From an uncultured delta proteobacterium (GTDB lineage: Bacteria; Desulfobacterota; Binatia; UBA9968), in the NCBI GenBank assembly GCA_963755715.1, contig CAVWLW010000027.1:32001-96000 (forward strand): a stretch of DNA of 64,000 nucleotides, read 5' to 3'. The notes below the pieces were generated by a model. That model saw only the letters and a list, made by a program, of their open reading frames with translations. It ran no database searches and had not been told where the DNA came from. The position numbers and the translations under genes were made by a program. Position 1 is the first letter of the stretch. Each line of letters opens with the position of its first letter. Shown here piece after piece: positions 10,787 to 20,256 of this stretch.

Positions 10787-12112
10787 TCACGCCAATTCCT
10801 CCGCGCTCAAGTGATTTTCTGAACTTGGCCGGCCCATCTGCGCACTGCGCTTTAGCGGTAAACAAACGACCAATTCCGCAGACTCTCCGGGACGGCTTCT
10901 TAAATAGACATCACCTCCGGTTTTATCGAGATATTCTCGCAGTTGTAGGAACGCTTCGCTCTTTTCATCCAGCGCATCCTCCAGCAGCCTGGACTCAAAC
11001 AGTGCTTTCAATCTTTTCGCTACCCGATCCGACTCCGTTCCTTGAATAATAAGTTGCAAGTCGCCCGCGGCGCAGCGCACCGTGAGCCGGACGATTTCGC
11101 TGCGCGTCGCCCGGGCCGTCTCGTTGACGAGCACGTGCAGAATTGCGCCGAGTGCGGTGCGATCCACGGTCGCTGCCTTCAAAAACCGGTGCGCATAGAC
11201 GACTTCGATATCGATATCTCGTTCCGCGGCCGCACGGCGGCACGATGCAATCGCTTGCTTTACGAGGGTAGCGATATCGCCGACCGGTTCGCCGACCTTT
11301 TCAATTTCGTCAAGATCGCTCGCCGAGGCGGCAGCGAAAATGCTCAATCCGTGCTGTATTTGCCGCACCGTCGATTCGATCCGTTGAACAACCTTCTGGC
11401 CGTCGTCGTTGGTCTCGTTCGCTTGACTTGACTTGCGACCGATCTGCTCGGTGTCGCTGAGGATTTCCTGGAGCCCGTTGTTCACGTGACGCGCGCTGGC
11501 GGCAAGCTGGCGTTGCTGAACTTTTCTCAAGGCCAAATCGCGCGCCACCCAAGTGAGTTCAACCGCCAAGGCTTGAAGTACGAACATCTCGGCGGCGGAG
11601 TAACTTTTTCGGATCGCATGGCCGAGCAATAAAAAGCCGAGCGATGGACCGACCGGCGGCGTCAACGGCGCTACCACCGTGCTGCGAAAGCTTAACCCGC
11701 CGCTCACCTCGTTCCACGTGATCGGCGCGCGCGAGTTCGCCACCAGATTCATGCAGCGGCGCGAAAAATTTTTCGGCAATTGATCGACGGTCGATTCCGG
11801 CATGCCGACTTCGGCAAGCTTGCGGTCGTTTACGGTGAGAAACCCGAAACAAAAATCCACGGCAAAAAACCGCCGCAGCCGCGCCAGGAAATGGGTGAGC
11901 AGGATTTTTTCGTCACAGATGGGTTGGTTCCAGAAAAAGTTTCGAACAGAATTGGCGCGCTCCCACAGACCAACGAACGATTCCCAGCCCACGGCTGGCT
12001 CCCGCACCTCGCCTGAAGCCCGAGTAGCGCGCTTCAAATCAGAGAATAATTGATCCGCGTGATCTTTTTGGTCGCGGGATGGATGGAATTGCACGCATTT
12101 CCCTGTAACCAA
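10787..12112 (-). CDS. GAF-domain protein with degenerate histidine-kinase-like C-terminus
   Basis: GAF features (STVVAPL, LGFLLLG, YSAAEMFVLQALA); HisKA/HATPase-like tail lacking G boxes; start uncertain. Confidence 0.55.
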   Translation of the reverse strand: MVTGKCVQFHPSRDQKDHADQLFSDLKRATRASGEVREPAVGWESFVGLWERANSVRNFFWNQPICDEKILLTHFLARLRRFFAVDFCFGFLTVNDRKLAEVGMPESTVDQLPKNFSRRCMNLVANSRAPITWNEVSGGLSFRSTVVAPLTPPVGPSLGFLLLGHAIRKSYSAAEMFVLQALAVELTWVARDLALRKVQQRQLAASARHVNNGLQEILSDTEQIGRKSSQANETNDDGQKVVQRIESTVRQIQHGLSIFAAASASDLDEIEKVGEPVGDIATLVKQAIASCRRAAAERDIDIEVVYAHRFLKAATVDRTALGAILHVLVNETARATRSEIVRLTVRCAAGDLQLIIQGTESDRVAKRLKALFESRLLEDALDEKSEAFLQLREYLDKTGGDVYLRSRPGESAELVVCLPLKRSAQMGRPSSENHLSAEELA

Positions 12113-12268
12113 AATTCATACCACGTTAATGGAACGAAGTATCCTTTTTGAATTTACAGAGTTAGGCGGTTGAACAGGCAGCGCTGCCGGTCAGACTGAA
12201 GTGGATTCCATACAGACATGGAGGTACCCTGAAAAGGAGGTTCCTTTTTTGCGTCCCAGTGACAACTC

Positions 12269-12499
12269 TCATCGCTCGATACATTCTTCTCTCAAGCGCC
12301 CGTTCTCGCGACGCAACCGTTCGATGTCGCGTTGATTTTGCTCGCTCTCAATGGTTAGTCGCTTCTTCTTGGCCCATGAGCTGGTCGCCGATCAGGGCGA
12401 TTAGCCACCCTGCTCGCGGGTTGAAATCGGTGTCGAGCAACTAGCGAGCAGAAAAATACACAGCACCAATGCTGAGCTGATAAAACTTTTTCTTGGCAT
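12269..12499 (-). pseudogene. Small lipoprotein with coiled-coil tail, frameshifted (glycine-zipper-lipoprotein-like)
   Basis: Manual translation MPRKSFISSALVLCIFLLASCSTPISTREQGG / LIALIGDQLMGQE / KRLTIESEQNQRDIERLRRENGRLREE; absent from ORF track. Confidence 0.55.
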
Positions 12500-12501
12500 C
12501 G

Positions 12502-12906
12502 CTAATCCCCCTCGGACGTATGTCTTGCACCGAAGCCCTTTCGCGCGGCGGCTATTTCATCGATCAAATTGCCTTTGGTGAAGGGCTTGCGTAAAACCCC
12601 CGCGCCGAACTCCGAGATCTCCTGGTCCAAGGCCGTATGGTATTTATCCACTTCGCCACTCATGTAGACGACTTTGACATTGGGATTGATGGACCGGATG
12701 CCCTGCATCATTTGCAAACCATCCAGCTCGGGCATCTGGATATCGGTGACTACCCACTCCGTCGGGTCATGAAAATACGCGAAATACCCAAGGGTGCCGT
12801 TGTGCGCCGTGCGCACTTCAAAACCTTCCTGGCCAAGGATCAAGGCAATGATATTCGCCAAGCCTTCATCATCTTCAACGACCAGAACCGATTGATCCTC
12901 TGACAT
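12502..12906 (-). CDS. Single-domain response regulator
   Basis: VLVVEDD, VVTDIQMPELDG, MSG, LRKPF. Confidence 0.9.
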   Translation of the reverse strand: MSEDQSVLVVEDDEGLANIIALILGQEGFEVRTAHNGTLGYFAYFHDPTEWVVTDIQMPELDGLQMMQGIRSINPNVKVVYMSGEVDKYHTALDQEISEFGAGVLRKPFTKGNLIDEIAAARKGFGARHTSEGD

Positions 12907-12933
12907 TGGCTGATCCCTTCTTAAAGTGGCATC

Positions 12934-12949
12934 AGCAATCGTCGTTCCA
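12934..12949 (-). promoter_or_regulatory. Sigma-54 -24/-12 promoter
   Basis: TGGAACGACGATTGCT (GG-N10-GC) ~30 bp upstream of the 12906 start and just downstream of a sigma-54 activator gene. Confidence 0.7.
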
Positions 12950-13191
12950 CGAAACAGTCGAAATCAATGCGCTTGATATCGCAGCAACTTTTAATATTGC
13001 GGTAACAATTTCTCGAACAAAGTGAAGGTAAAGTCCTCCACAAGGTAGGTTGACTGCAACCAGGTCCCACCGCGGACCCGTTCAGGCGCAGACGCAGCAG
13101 GAAAATAAGTTGAAGACTATAGCGAGAGCTTCGTGCGCGGCAAAAACTCAGTGGTCGAAGTCATTCGCAATGAACAGCGTCGCTGAGCCGC

Positions 13192-14616
13192 TCAGTTGGC
13201 CCAGCCGGGTTTGGCTTTTTTAAAGTCGTGTACCTTGAGATCATGTTTTTTGAGCAGATCATAAAAATCGGCGCGATATTTTCCAGCGAGCTTGGCGGCT
13301 TGGCTCACGTTGCCTTCGGTCATCGATAAAACCTGGATGAGATAATCGCGCTCAAAAGCGTCGCGCGCGTCTTTGAGAGGTCGCAAACCCGAGCCTGATT
13401 CATCGACTTTTTCCTGGACAGGTGAGTGGCTGCGTTCGGGTGTGACGCCTTTACCTTGCAGAATATAATCTTCGGTCACCGTGTCGCTTTGCGTCATGGC
13501 GATGGCGTATTCGATCGTGTTCTCGAGCTCGCGCACATTGCCCGGCCAATCATGCATCATCAATTTGCGCAGCGCTTCCGGCGTCAAGCCTTTCACTTCC
13601 TTTTTCATGTGCTCGCCGTATTTTCTGAGAAAATACTCGACCAGCGGCATGATATCGTCTTTGCGTTCGCGCAACGGCGGCAGAAAAATCGGGATCACGT
13701 GAATCCGATAAAACAAATCGTCCCGAAACAAACCTTTTCTCACTTGATCTTCCAAGTCTTTGTTGGTCGCGACGATCACGCGCACGTCGACCTCCATCGG
13801 TATCTCGCTGCCGACAGGATAAAACTGCCGCTCTTGCAAAACGCGCAGTAGCTTCGACTGCGTGGCGCGCGGCATATCGCCGATCTCGTCCAAAAACAGC
13901 GTGCCGCCGTGGGCTTGGGTGAACAACCCCCGGGTGCTTTTGACGGCGCCGGTAAATGCCCCCTTTTCATGGCCGAATAACTCGCTTTCGAGAAGTGACT
14001 CCGGCAGCGCCGCGCAATTCAAAGCGACGAACGGTTTATCCTTGCGATCACTGGCGATATGAATCGCCTTGGCGATGAGTTCCTTGCCCGTGCCGCTGTC
14101 GCCGTGGATGTGCACGGTCGAGTCCAGCTTGGCGATGCGCGTCACCACATCGAGGATCGCGCGCATTTTGCCGCTGCGCGCGATAATGTTGGCGAAATCA
14201 TAACGCTCGTTAAGAATCTCTTTGAGCCGTTTGATTTCGGAATTGAGCTTGCGGTTCTCCAGCGCGCGCTCGATCTGCAGCAATAAATCCGCCGGTTCGA
14301 AAGGCTTGGTCACATAAGTGTAGGCGCCCCGGCGCATCGCCTCCACGGCATTCTCGATGCTGCCATGGGCGGTTAGGATAATCGTCGGCACGTCGGGATT
14401 GATTGAACGAAACTCGTCCATCAACGTGAGACCATCGCCGTTCGCCAGCATGAGATCGACGATACAAAGATCGAAGAGCTGTTCTTTGAGCGCCTGAGTC
14501 GCCTGCTCCTCGTCTGCCGTAGCCATAACCTCAAATTCCGCCGACTCGAGCCGCATGCGGATCAGCTCCAGAAGATTCGGATTGTCGTCTACAACCAGTA
14601 TGCGACCTTTTGACAT
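13192..14616 (-). CDS. Sigma-54-dependent response regulator, GlrR/QseF-like
   Basis: REC domain, GDSGTGKE, ESELFGHEKGAFTGA, WPGNVREL; HTH GNVSQAAKLAGKYRADFYDLLKKH resembles GlrR. Confidence 0.9.
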   Translation of the reverse strand: MSKGRILVVDDNPNLLELIRMRLESAEFEVMATADEEQATQALKEQLFDLCIVDLMLANGDGLTLMDEFRSINPDVPTIILTAHGSIENAVEAMRRGAYTYVTKPFEPADLLLQIERALENRKLNSEIKRLKEILNERYDFANIIARSGKMRAILDVVTRIAKLDSTVHIHGDSGTGKELIAKAIHIASDRKDKPFVALNCAALPESLLESELFGHEKGAFTGAVKSTRGLFTQAHGGTLFLDEIGDMPRATQSKLLRVLQERQFYPVGSEIPMEVDVRVIVATNKDLEDQVRKGLFRDDLFYRIHVIPIFLPPLRERKDDIMPLVEYFLRKYGEHMKKEVKGLTPEALRKLMMHDWPGNVRELENTIEYAIAMTQSDTVTEDYILQGKGVTPERSHSPVQEKVDESGSGLRPLKDARDAFERDYLIQVLSMTEGNVSQAAKLAGKYRADFYDLLKKHDLKVHDFKKAKPGWAN

Positions 14617-14621
14617 GGGTG

Positions 14622-15230
14622 TTATCTTCCGCGGTCGCGCCGTTTTTGATCGATCTCGATGTCCACCTTTTTGGACTTTTCGATAACCTGCTTATTCTTT
14701 TCCATTTCCTGCTTGGTCTTTTCGAGTTCGAGGCGCGACTTATCCATTTCTTGTTTCATTTTATCGAGAACTAGCCGGCTTTTCTCAGCTTCCTCTTTCG
14801 AGGCCTCGAGCTCGAGGCGCGCTTTCTCGACCTGGCGTTTTGACTTTTGGGCGTCGTTTAATACTGCGATCCATATTTTAGCCTGCTCCGCCCACGGGCT
14901 GTCCGGATACTTTCGAACGACTCGATCCATGAACATCTTCGCCTGCTGCAAGTCGCGTTGCGGGTTTTGCGGGTGCGCATAAATGAGACCGATGCTGTAT
15001 GCCGCTCTGTCCGCCGGCGGTTTGTTCTGAGCGGCATCCGAGATTTTCTGAAATGCATTTAACGATCCCGTGAAATCGCCCTGCGTAAACAGGTTATCCG
15101 CCGCATTGAGCGCCTCACGCATTTCCCGGCGCCGATTTGCCTCTTGCGTTAGACTGCAGCCGGAAACAAATATTAGCAGGGCAACACAAAAATGAAAGTA
15201 CTGCCTTTGCCTACCTGGCTTTCGGCCCAT
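14622..15230 (-). CDS. Lipoprotein with TPR-like and coiled-coil regions, QseG/YfhG-like by position
   Basis: VSGC lipobox, helical, KYPDSPW; lies between kinase and regulator genes. Confidence 0.65.
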   Translation of the reverse strand: MGRKPGRQRQYFHFCVALLIFVSGCSLTQEANRRREMREALNAADNLFTQGDFTGSLNAFQKISDAAQNKPPADRAAYSIGLIYAHPQNPQRDLQQAKMFMDRVVRKYPDSPWAEQAKIWIAVLNDAQKSKRQVEKARLELEASKEEAEKSRLVLDKMKQEMDKSRLELEKTKQEMEKNKQVIEKSKKVDIEIDQKRRDRGR

Positions 15231-16615
15231 ATTTTTCCGCCGTGCGACGTAATGATACTTTTGGCGATCGTTAAACCGAGTCCGGTTCCCTGGCGACCAT
15301 GCGGCCCTTGGCGACTCCCCTGGTTAAATTTTTCAAAAATAGATACCAGGCTATCCGCGGGAATACCAGGTCCCGAGTCTTTCACAGAAATTTCCAATTT
15401 GCCATTGGCCGGTTTTGCCGTCACGCACACCTGACCGCCCTTGGGGGTGAACTTGACTGCGTTGCCAAGCAAATTTCGTAGCACCTGAAGCATCCGCTCC
15501 GGATCGAGCCGCACCGCTGGCAACGCTGGATCGAGCGCGCTCTCCAAGCGAATCTGCTTGGCCTCGAAAAGCGGCGTGATCTCACTGACGGCCCGTTTGA
15601 TCAGCGGATCGATAGCGCTGGTCTCGAAGTCATACGCCATCATGCCCGCTTCCATTTTGGAAAAGTCGAGAAGCGAATTGACCAAGCTGATCAACCGGTT
15701 GCTTTCCTCGGCGAGGATCCCTAAAAGCTTGCGTTGTTTTTCCGAAGTCTCGCCGCCGACGCCGTCGAGCAACAAGCCCGTGCCTTCTTTGATCGAAGTG
15801 AGCGGCGTGCGCAGCTCATGCGACATGGACGCAAAAAAGTCCGCTTTCAAGCGATCGAGCTCCTGCAACTTTTCGCACATCGAATCGATGGCGGCCGCCA
15901 GCTCGGCGATTTCCGGCGGCGACTGCACGCGCAATCTTCCATCGAAGTGTCCTTCGGAGATTTCCCGCGTTTTATTTTTCAATAAGTCGATCGGCCGGGT
16001 GATGCTTTTGGTGATCAGCAGGGACATGGTAAAGATCGCCAGCAGGCACGCGATCGCGATCGTCACCGAAACCTCGCGCGCATGATCGGCGGCGGCCGCA
16101 AGATCCATGACTTTCGCGTTCGTCGCCTGCTGTTGGTTCAGCCGCAGCTTCTCGAACGACGTCAGCAGCGCATCGACTAAAATGTCCTTTTCCTGTTTAT
16201 ACCGCGCCTGCGGGTAAGGCTTGTTGGCTCGCGCCAAGCGCGCCTCCGCTTCGACAATTTCATCGTAACGGCGAAAATCCTCCTGAATTTTTTTGAGGAC
16301 CGGCGTCGCCGGTACGTCCCTTAAAGCAAAAGCGCTCTCGAGTTGTCTGTCGAAGTCGGTCTTCAGGCTGACAAATTGCTGGTACCAGGTTTCGTCCCGC
16401 GTGATGGTAAATTTCTGCTCGGCGCGGCTTTGCGCCAACAGCAAATCGGCGAACATCTTCTCGTGATCGAGAATCCGGTTATCGACGTTCAAGATGGATT
16501 CCGTCAACTCGTGAAAGCGGCGCAACTGCAGCACGACGTAGGCGCTTGCAAACGCGACGATCAGAAAGATCGCGAGATAGCCGATGGCGAGACGGGAAAA
16601 TAAAGTCAACCGCAC
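15173..16615 (-). CDS. HAMP sensor histidine kinase, GlrK/QseE-like
   Basis: Two TM segments, HAMP, SHELRTPL, NAVKF, DSGPG, GTGLGL. Confidence 0.9.
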   Translation of the reverse strand: MRLTLFSRLAIGYLAIFLIVAFASAYVVLQLRRFHELTESILNVDNRILDHEKMFADLLLAQSRAEQKFTITRDETWYQQFVSLKTDFDRQLESAFALRDVPATPVLKKIQEDFRRYDEIVEAEARLARANKPYPQARYKQEKDILVDALLTSFEKLRLNQQQATNAKVMDLAAAADHAREVSVTIAIACLLAIFTMSLLITKSITRPIDLLKNKTREISEGHFDGRLRVQSPPEIAELAAAIDSMCEKLQELDRLKADFFASMSHELRTPLTSIKEGTGLLLDGVGGETSEKQRKLLGILAEESNRLISLVNSLLDFSKMEAGMMAYDFETSAIDPLIKRAVSEITPLFEAKQIRLESALDPALPAVRLDPERMLQVLRNLLGNAVKFTPKGGQVCVTAKPANGKLEISVKDSGPGIPADSLVSIFEKFNQGSRQGPHGRQGTGLGLTIAKSIITSHGGKIWAESQVGKGSTFIFVLPC

Positions 16616-16645
16616 GGACGCTTCCCTTTGCTCCTCAGCGTAAAT

Positions 16646-17767
16646 TCAATCCCGGCGCGCGGCTTCTGGATCGAAGAGTTCTTGCTGATCGGTATCGGCG
16701 GACAGTAATTTTTGACTAAACTGTTCCAAGCGGCGATCGGCATTCTGATAGCTCGACTGAGCATGGCCGACATGTTTGCCGAGCAACGCGAACTCGTCGC
16801 GAAATCTGGCAAAGTCCCCTTGCAGACGGCCGAGGTATTGAAGGATTTCCTTGGCCCGGTCTTCGATCTTCATGCCCTTGAAACCTAAAACGATCGCCTG
16901 AAGATAGGCATAGAAGCTATTCGGTGAAACCGGGATCACCCGCTGGCTCATAGCATGATGACAAAGACTTTTCTCCGCCGCCGCTTCATCGCGAATGATC
17001 GTTTCATAGTAGACGTTTTCCGCCGGAATATACATGAGGGCAAAATCATAGGTGCCCTCATCGGGAAGAATATACTTTGCCGCGATCGCATCGATATGTT
17101 TCTTCACGTCCACGACGAATTGCTTTTTTGCCCGGCTCTTGTCTTCGTCCGTCGCCGCTTCCGTGATCCGCTTGAAATTCTCCAGCGGGAATTTGGCATC
17201 GACGGGGACCAACGAGGGGCCGAGCCGGATCACCGCGTCGACCTTTTCGCCGCTGCGAAAGCGATACTGCGTGGAGAAGTGCTCCGGCGGGAGAATCTGC
17301 GCGAGCAAGTCCTGTAAAAAAAATTCGCCCAAGCCGCCGCGCAGTTTTGGCGCTCGTAAAATGTCCTGGAGCGAAGCGATATCCTTGCCGACCTCGTAAA
17401 TTCTGCGGTTGGCTTCTTCGAGCCCGCCCAAGCTCTTTTGCACGCTACCGACGGCGCGCGCGGCGTTATCCAGCCGCTCGCCCATATTTTGTTGCGTCTT
17501 GTGCAGGACTTCGGCGTTTTCTTTCAGCCGCTCGTTCACGTTTCCGAGCACTTGACCTAATTGTTGCTGGATCGATTGCGCGCTCTGCTCCAGCACCTGG
17601 CCGAGCTGCACGCGCAGATCACCGATCTGCTGTTGCACCAGCAATAACGATGGATCGTCGCGCCTCTCTTGGAACAGCGATTGCAATCGGCCGAGAAGAA
17701 TCCAGCCGAGAAAGCCCAAACAGAGAAAGAAGAGAAGAATCAGGACGAGGATGTTCGAGAGTTCCAC
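16646..17767 (-). CDS. rmuC: DNA recombination protein RmuC
   Basis: PKLRGGLGE, VDAVIRL, PVDAKFP, KYILP.EGT.DFALMYIPAE, VIPVSP. Confidence 0.9.
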   Translation of the reverse strand: MELSNILVLILLFFLCLGFLGWILLGRLQSLFQERRDDPSLLLVQQQIGDLRVQLGQVLEQSAQSIQQQLGQVLGNVNERLKENAEVLHKTQQNMGERLDNAARAVGSVQKSLGGLEEANRRIYEVGKDIASLQDILRAPKLRGGLGEFFLQDLLAQILPPEHFSTQYRFRSGEKVDAVIRLGPSLVPVDAKFPLENFKRITEAATDEDKSRAKKQFVVDVKKHIDAIAAKYILPDEGTYDFALMYIPAENVYYETIIRDEAAAEKSLCHHAMSQRVIPVSPNSFYAYLQAIVLGFKGMKIEDRAKEILQYLGRLQGDFARFRDEFALLGKHVGHAQSSYQNADRRLEQFSQKLLSADTDQQELFDPEAARRD

Positions 17768-17784
17768 GATGGACCGTGGCGCAA

Positions 17785-17997
17785 TCAGAGGAGTCTTACA
17801 GCATACTCCAAAATCTCACTGAGCTTGCGAATCTGCGTGGCGCGTATGGAGCGCTCTTCCCGCGGCGCGACGAAATAATCGTCGACGCTCTTTTTTAGAT
17901 TCCACTCCAACAACTCCACGCATTGTTCCATGCTCAATTTTTCCGAGCGGCGCCGGCGCGCCTGGTGCAGTTCGTTGATCTGGATGAGCTGGCCCAT
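17785..17997 (-). CDS. Small hypothetical helical protein (70 aa)
   Basis: Co-oriented upstream of rmuC; TTGACA-16-TATTCT promoter-like element at 18008-18035. Confidence 0.55.
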   Translation of the reverse strand: MGQLIQINELHQARRRRSEKLSMEQCVELLEWNLKKSVDDYFVAPREERSIRATQIRKLSEILEYAVRLL

Positions 17998-18166
17998 GAC
18001 ACCGGCTAGAATAGGTCAGTGCGAAAAATTGTCAAGGGCCGAGGAATTTTTATTCCGCGGTACACTTAGATCGCAATAATCAAAATGCGCAAATGGAATT
18101 CGCAACCACGCCGCTGTGAACGATGGCGCGCACCGCAGCAAAATTCAGTTGGCGCAAGCGAGTGCT

Positions 18167-19237
18167 TCAGGAACAAGGCGCTTCAGGCTCTTGTTGCGTG
18201 ACGCAGTGAATCGCGCCCAGGCCGGCGACGACTTCATTGCAGCGTAGTCCGACGACCCGGCGCTCGGGAAATAATTCCTGCAGGATGCCCAGCGCTTTGG
18301 CGTCGTTGGGATCATCGAAGACCGGCGCGAGCACGACGCCGTTGGCGATATAAAAATTCGCGTAACTCGCCGGCAAGCGCGCGCCGTCATAATATACCGG
18401 GGCCGGACAAGGCAGCGCTATGACCGAAAGTTTTTCGCCTTTTTCATTGGTCGCGCTCTGCAGACGCTGGTAGTTATCTCGCAAGAAATTATAATTCTCG
18501 TCTTTAGAGTCGGCTTCGACGACACAAGCCACCGTACTCGGCGCGACGAAGCGCACGATGTCGTCGATATGGCCGTCGGTATCATCGCCGACGATGCCTT
18601 CGCCGAGCCAAATTATGTGACTGACGCCTAGGGACTCTTTGAGAAAATCTTCTATCTCGTCGCGGCGCAAATGCGGATTGCGGTTTTTGTTCAGCAGGCA
18701 TTGTTCCGTAGTGAGACAAGTGCCGGCGCCGTTGACCTCGATGGAGCCGCCTTCGAGAACGATTGGATAATCGAAGACCGGAATCTTCAGCAGCGCCGCG
18801 ATCTCTTTGGCGACGCGTTCGTCCTGCTCATACGCTTGGTACTTTCCGCCCCAACCATTGAAGATCCAATCGTTTAACGCCCGCGGATTTTCCTGCCCTG
18901 CGCGGGTAATGAAAGTCGGCCCGTAGTCCCGCATCCAGACATCGACGGTGGGGATTTTAAGCAACGTCACATTGGCCATCGCCGCACGACCTTTGGCCAA
19001 GCGCGCTCGAACGTCCTGCTCCGTCGTTTCATCGTTGACCAAAAGATAGACCTGCTCGTGCGGCGCTAGGGCACAGACCATTTGCACCCAGACGTCGCGA
19101 ACTTTTTCTAAATACGTCGGCCAGGTTTCTCGATTATGCGGCCAGGAAAGCCAAGTGGCGCGATGCCGCGCCCATTCAGCCGGCATCGAATAACCCAGCG
19201 AATGCGGCGTTGGCGGTTTTACGTTTGGAGAACTCAT
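18167..19237 (-). CDS. aguA: Agmatine deiminase
   Basis: MPAEW, WMRDYGP, LEGGSI, DDTDGHIDD, ASYANFY, GAIHCVTQQ. Confidence 0.92.
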   Translation of the reverse strand: MSSPNVKPPTPHSLGYSMPAEWARHRATWLSWPHNRETWPTYLEKVRDVWVQMVCALAPHEQVYLLVNDETTEQDVRARLAKGRAAMANVTLLKIPTVDVWMRDYGPTFITRAGQENPRALNDWIFNGWGGKYQAYEQDERVAKEIAALLKIPVFDYPIVLEGGSIEVNGAGTCLTTEQCLLNKNRNPHLRRDEIEDFLKESLGVSHIIWLGEGIVGDDTDGHIDDIVRFVAPSTVACVVEADSKDENYNFLRDNYQRLQSATNEKGEKLSVIALPCPAPVYYDGARLPASYANFYIANGVVLAPVFDDPNDAKALGILQELFPERRVVGLRCNEVVAGLGAIHCVTQQEPEAPCS

Positions 19238-19259
19238 GAGAGCTAAAAAGACCAACCGG

Positions 19260-20156
19260 TTAACGGCGCGTATCGTCCTCGACCGTGCGTAACAGCAACG
19301 CGCCATAGGCGTCAATGCGCCGGTCGCGCAGGAAGGGCCAACTTTGGCGGGTCTCTTCGATTTTGCCGAGATCGCACTTGGCCAGGATAATTTCTTCCCG
19401 CTCGCCGCCGCCGTGCGCAACGAGCTCGCCGAACGGTCCGGCGACAAATGAGCTGCCCCAGAATTTGATTTTTCCTTCGCGCCCGACTCGATTGACCGAG
19501 GCGACGTAGACTCCGTTCGCGACCGCGTGCGAGCGCTGGATCAGCTCCCACGCGGCGCGTTGCTGCTGCGCCACGGCGCGCGGTTCATGGGGAATCCAGC
19601 CAATGGCTGTCGGATAAAACAAAATCTGCGCACCCGACAAGGCGGCCAAGCGCGCGCCCTCGGGAAACCATTGGTCCCAACAGACCAGCGCGCTGACCTT
19701 TGCGTAGCGCGTTTGAAAACTGGGAAAGCCAAGATCGCCGGGCGTGAAATAAAATTTTTCGTAGTAAAGCGGGTCATCCGGGATATGCATCTTGCGATAC
19801 ATTCCGGCGATGGAGCCGTCGGCATCGATGACAACCGCGGTATTGTGATAGATGCCCGCCGATCTTCTCTCGAAAACCGAAGCGACAATGACGATTTCTC
19901 GCTCGCAAGCGAGCGCGCCTAAGGCCTCGGTCGTCGGACCTGGAATCGGCTCAGCCAATTTGAAATTCCGATGGTTTTCACTCTGGCAAAAGTAACGCGA
20001 GCGAAAGAGTTCCTGGAGACAAACAATCTGCGCGCCTTTTTTTGCCGCCAAGTCCACCCGATCGACGGCTTTGGCGAGATTGACGGATGGATTTTCACCG
20101 GTGCTCATCTGGATGAGCCCCAGGGTAACATTCTCTCTGGCTGCTTTTTGCGGCAT
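19260..20156 (-). CDS. aguB: N-carbamoylputrescine amidase (carbon-nitrogen hydrolase)
   Basis: LQELF, YRKMHIPDDP.YYEKFYF.PGD, CWDQWFPE, WPFLRDRR; adjacent to aguA. Confidence 0.88.
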   Translation of the reverse strand: MPQKAARENVTLGLIQMSTGENPSVNLAKAVDRVDLAAKKGAQIVCLQELFRSRYFCQSENHRNFKLAEPIPGPTTEALGALACEREIVIVASVFERRSAGIYHNTAVVIDADGSIAGMYRKMHIPDDPLYYEKFYFTPGDLGFPSFQTRYAKVSALVCWDQWFPEGARLAALSGAQILFYPTAIGWIPHEPRAVAQQQRAAWELIQRSHAVANGVYVASVNRVGREGKIKFWGSSFVAGPFGELVAHGGGEREEIILAKCDLGKIEETRQSWPFLRDRRIDAYGALLLRTVEDDTRR

Positions 20157-20256
20157 GTCGTAACCCTGTCCGATCGATCGATTTATAGTCTAGACATAAA
20201 AAAGGGAGAGAAAAGGCTTTTCCCCTTCCTCTCCCTGACGCTGATCAAAAATGAAC

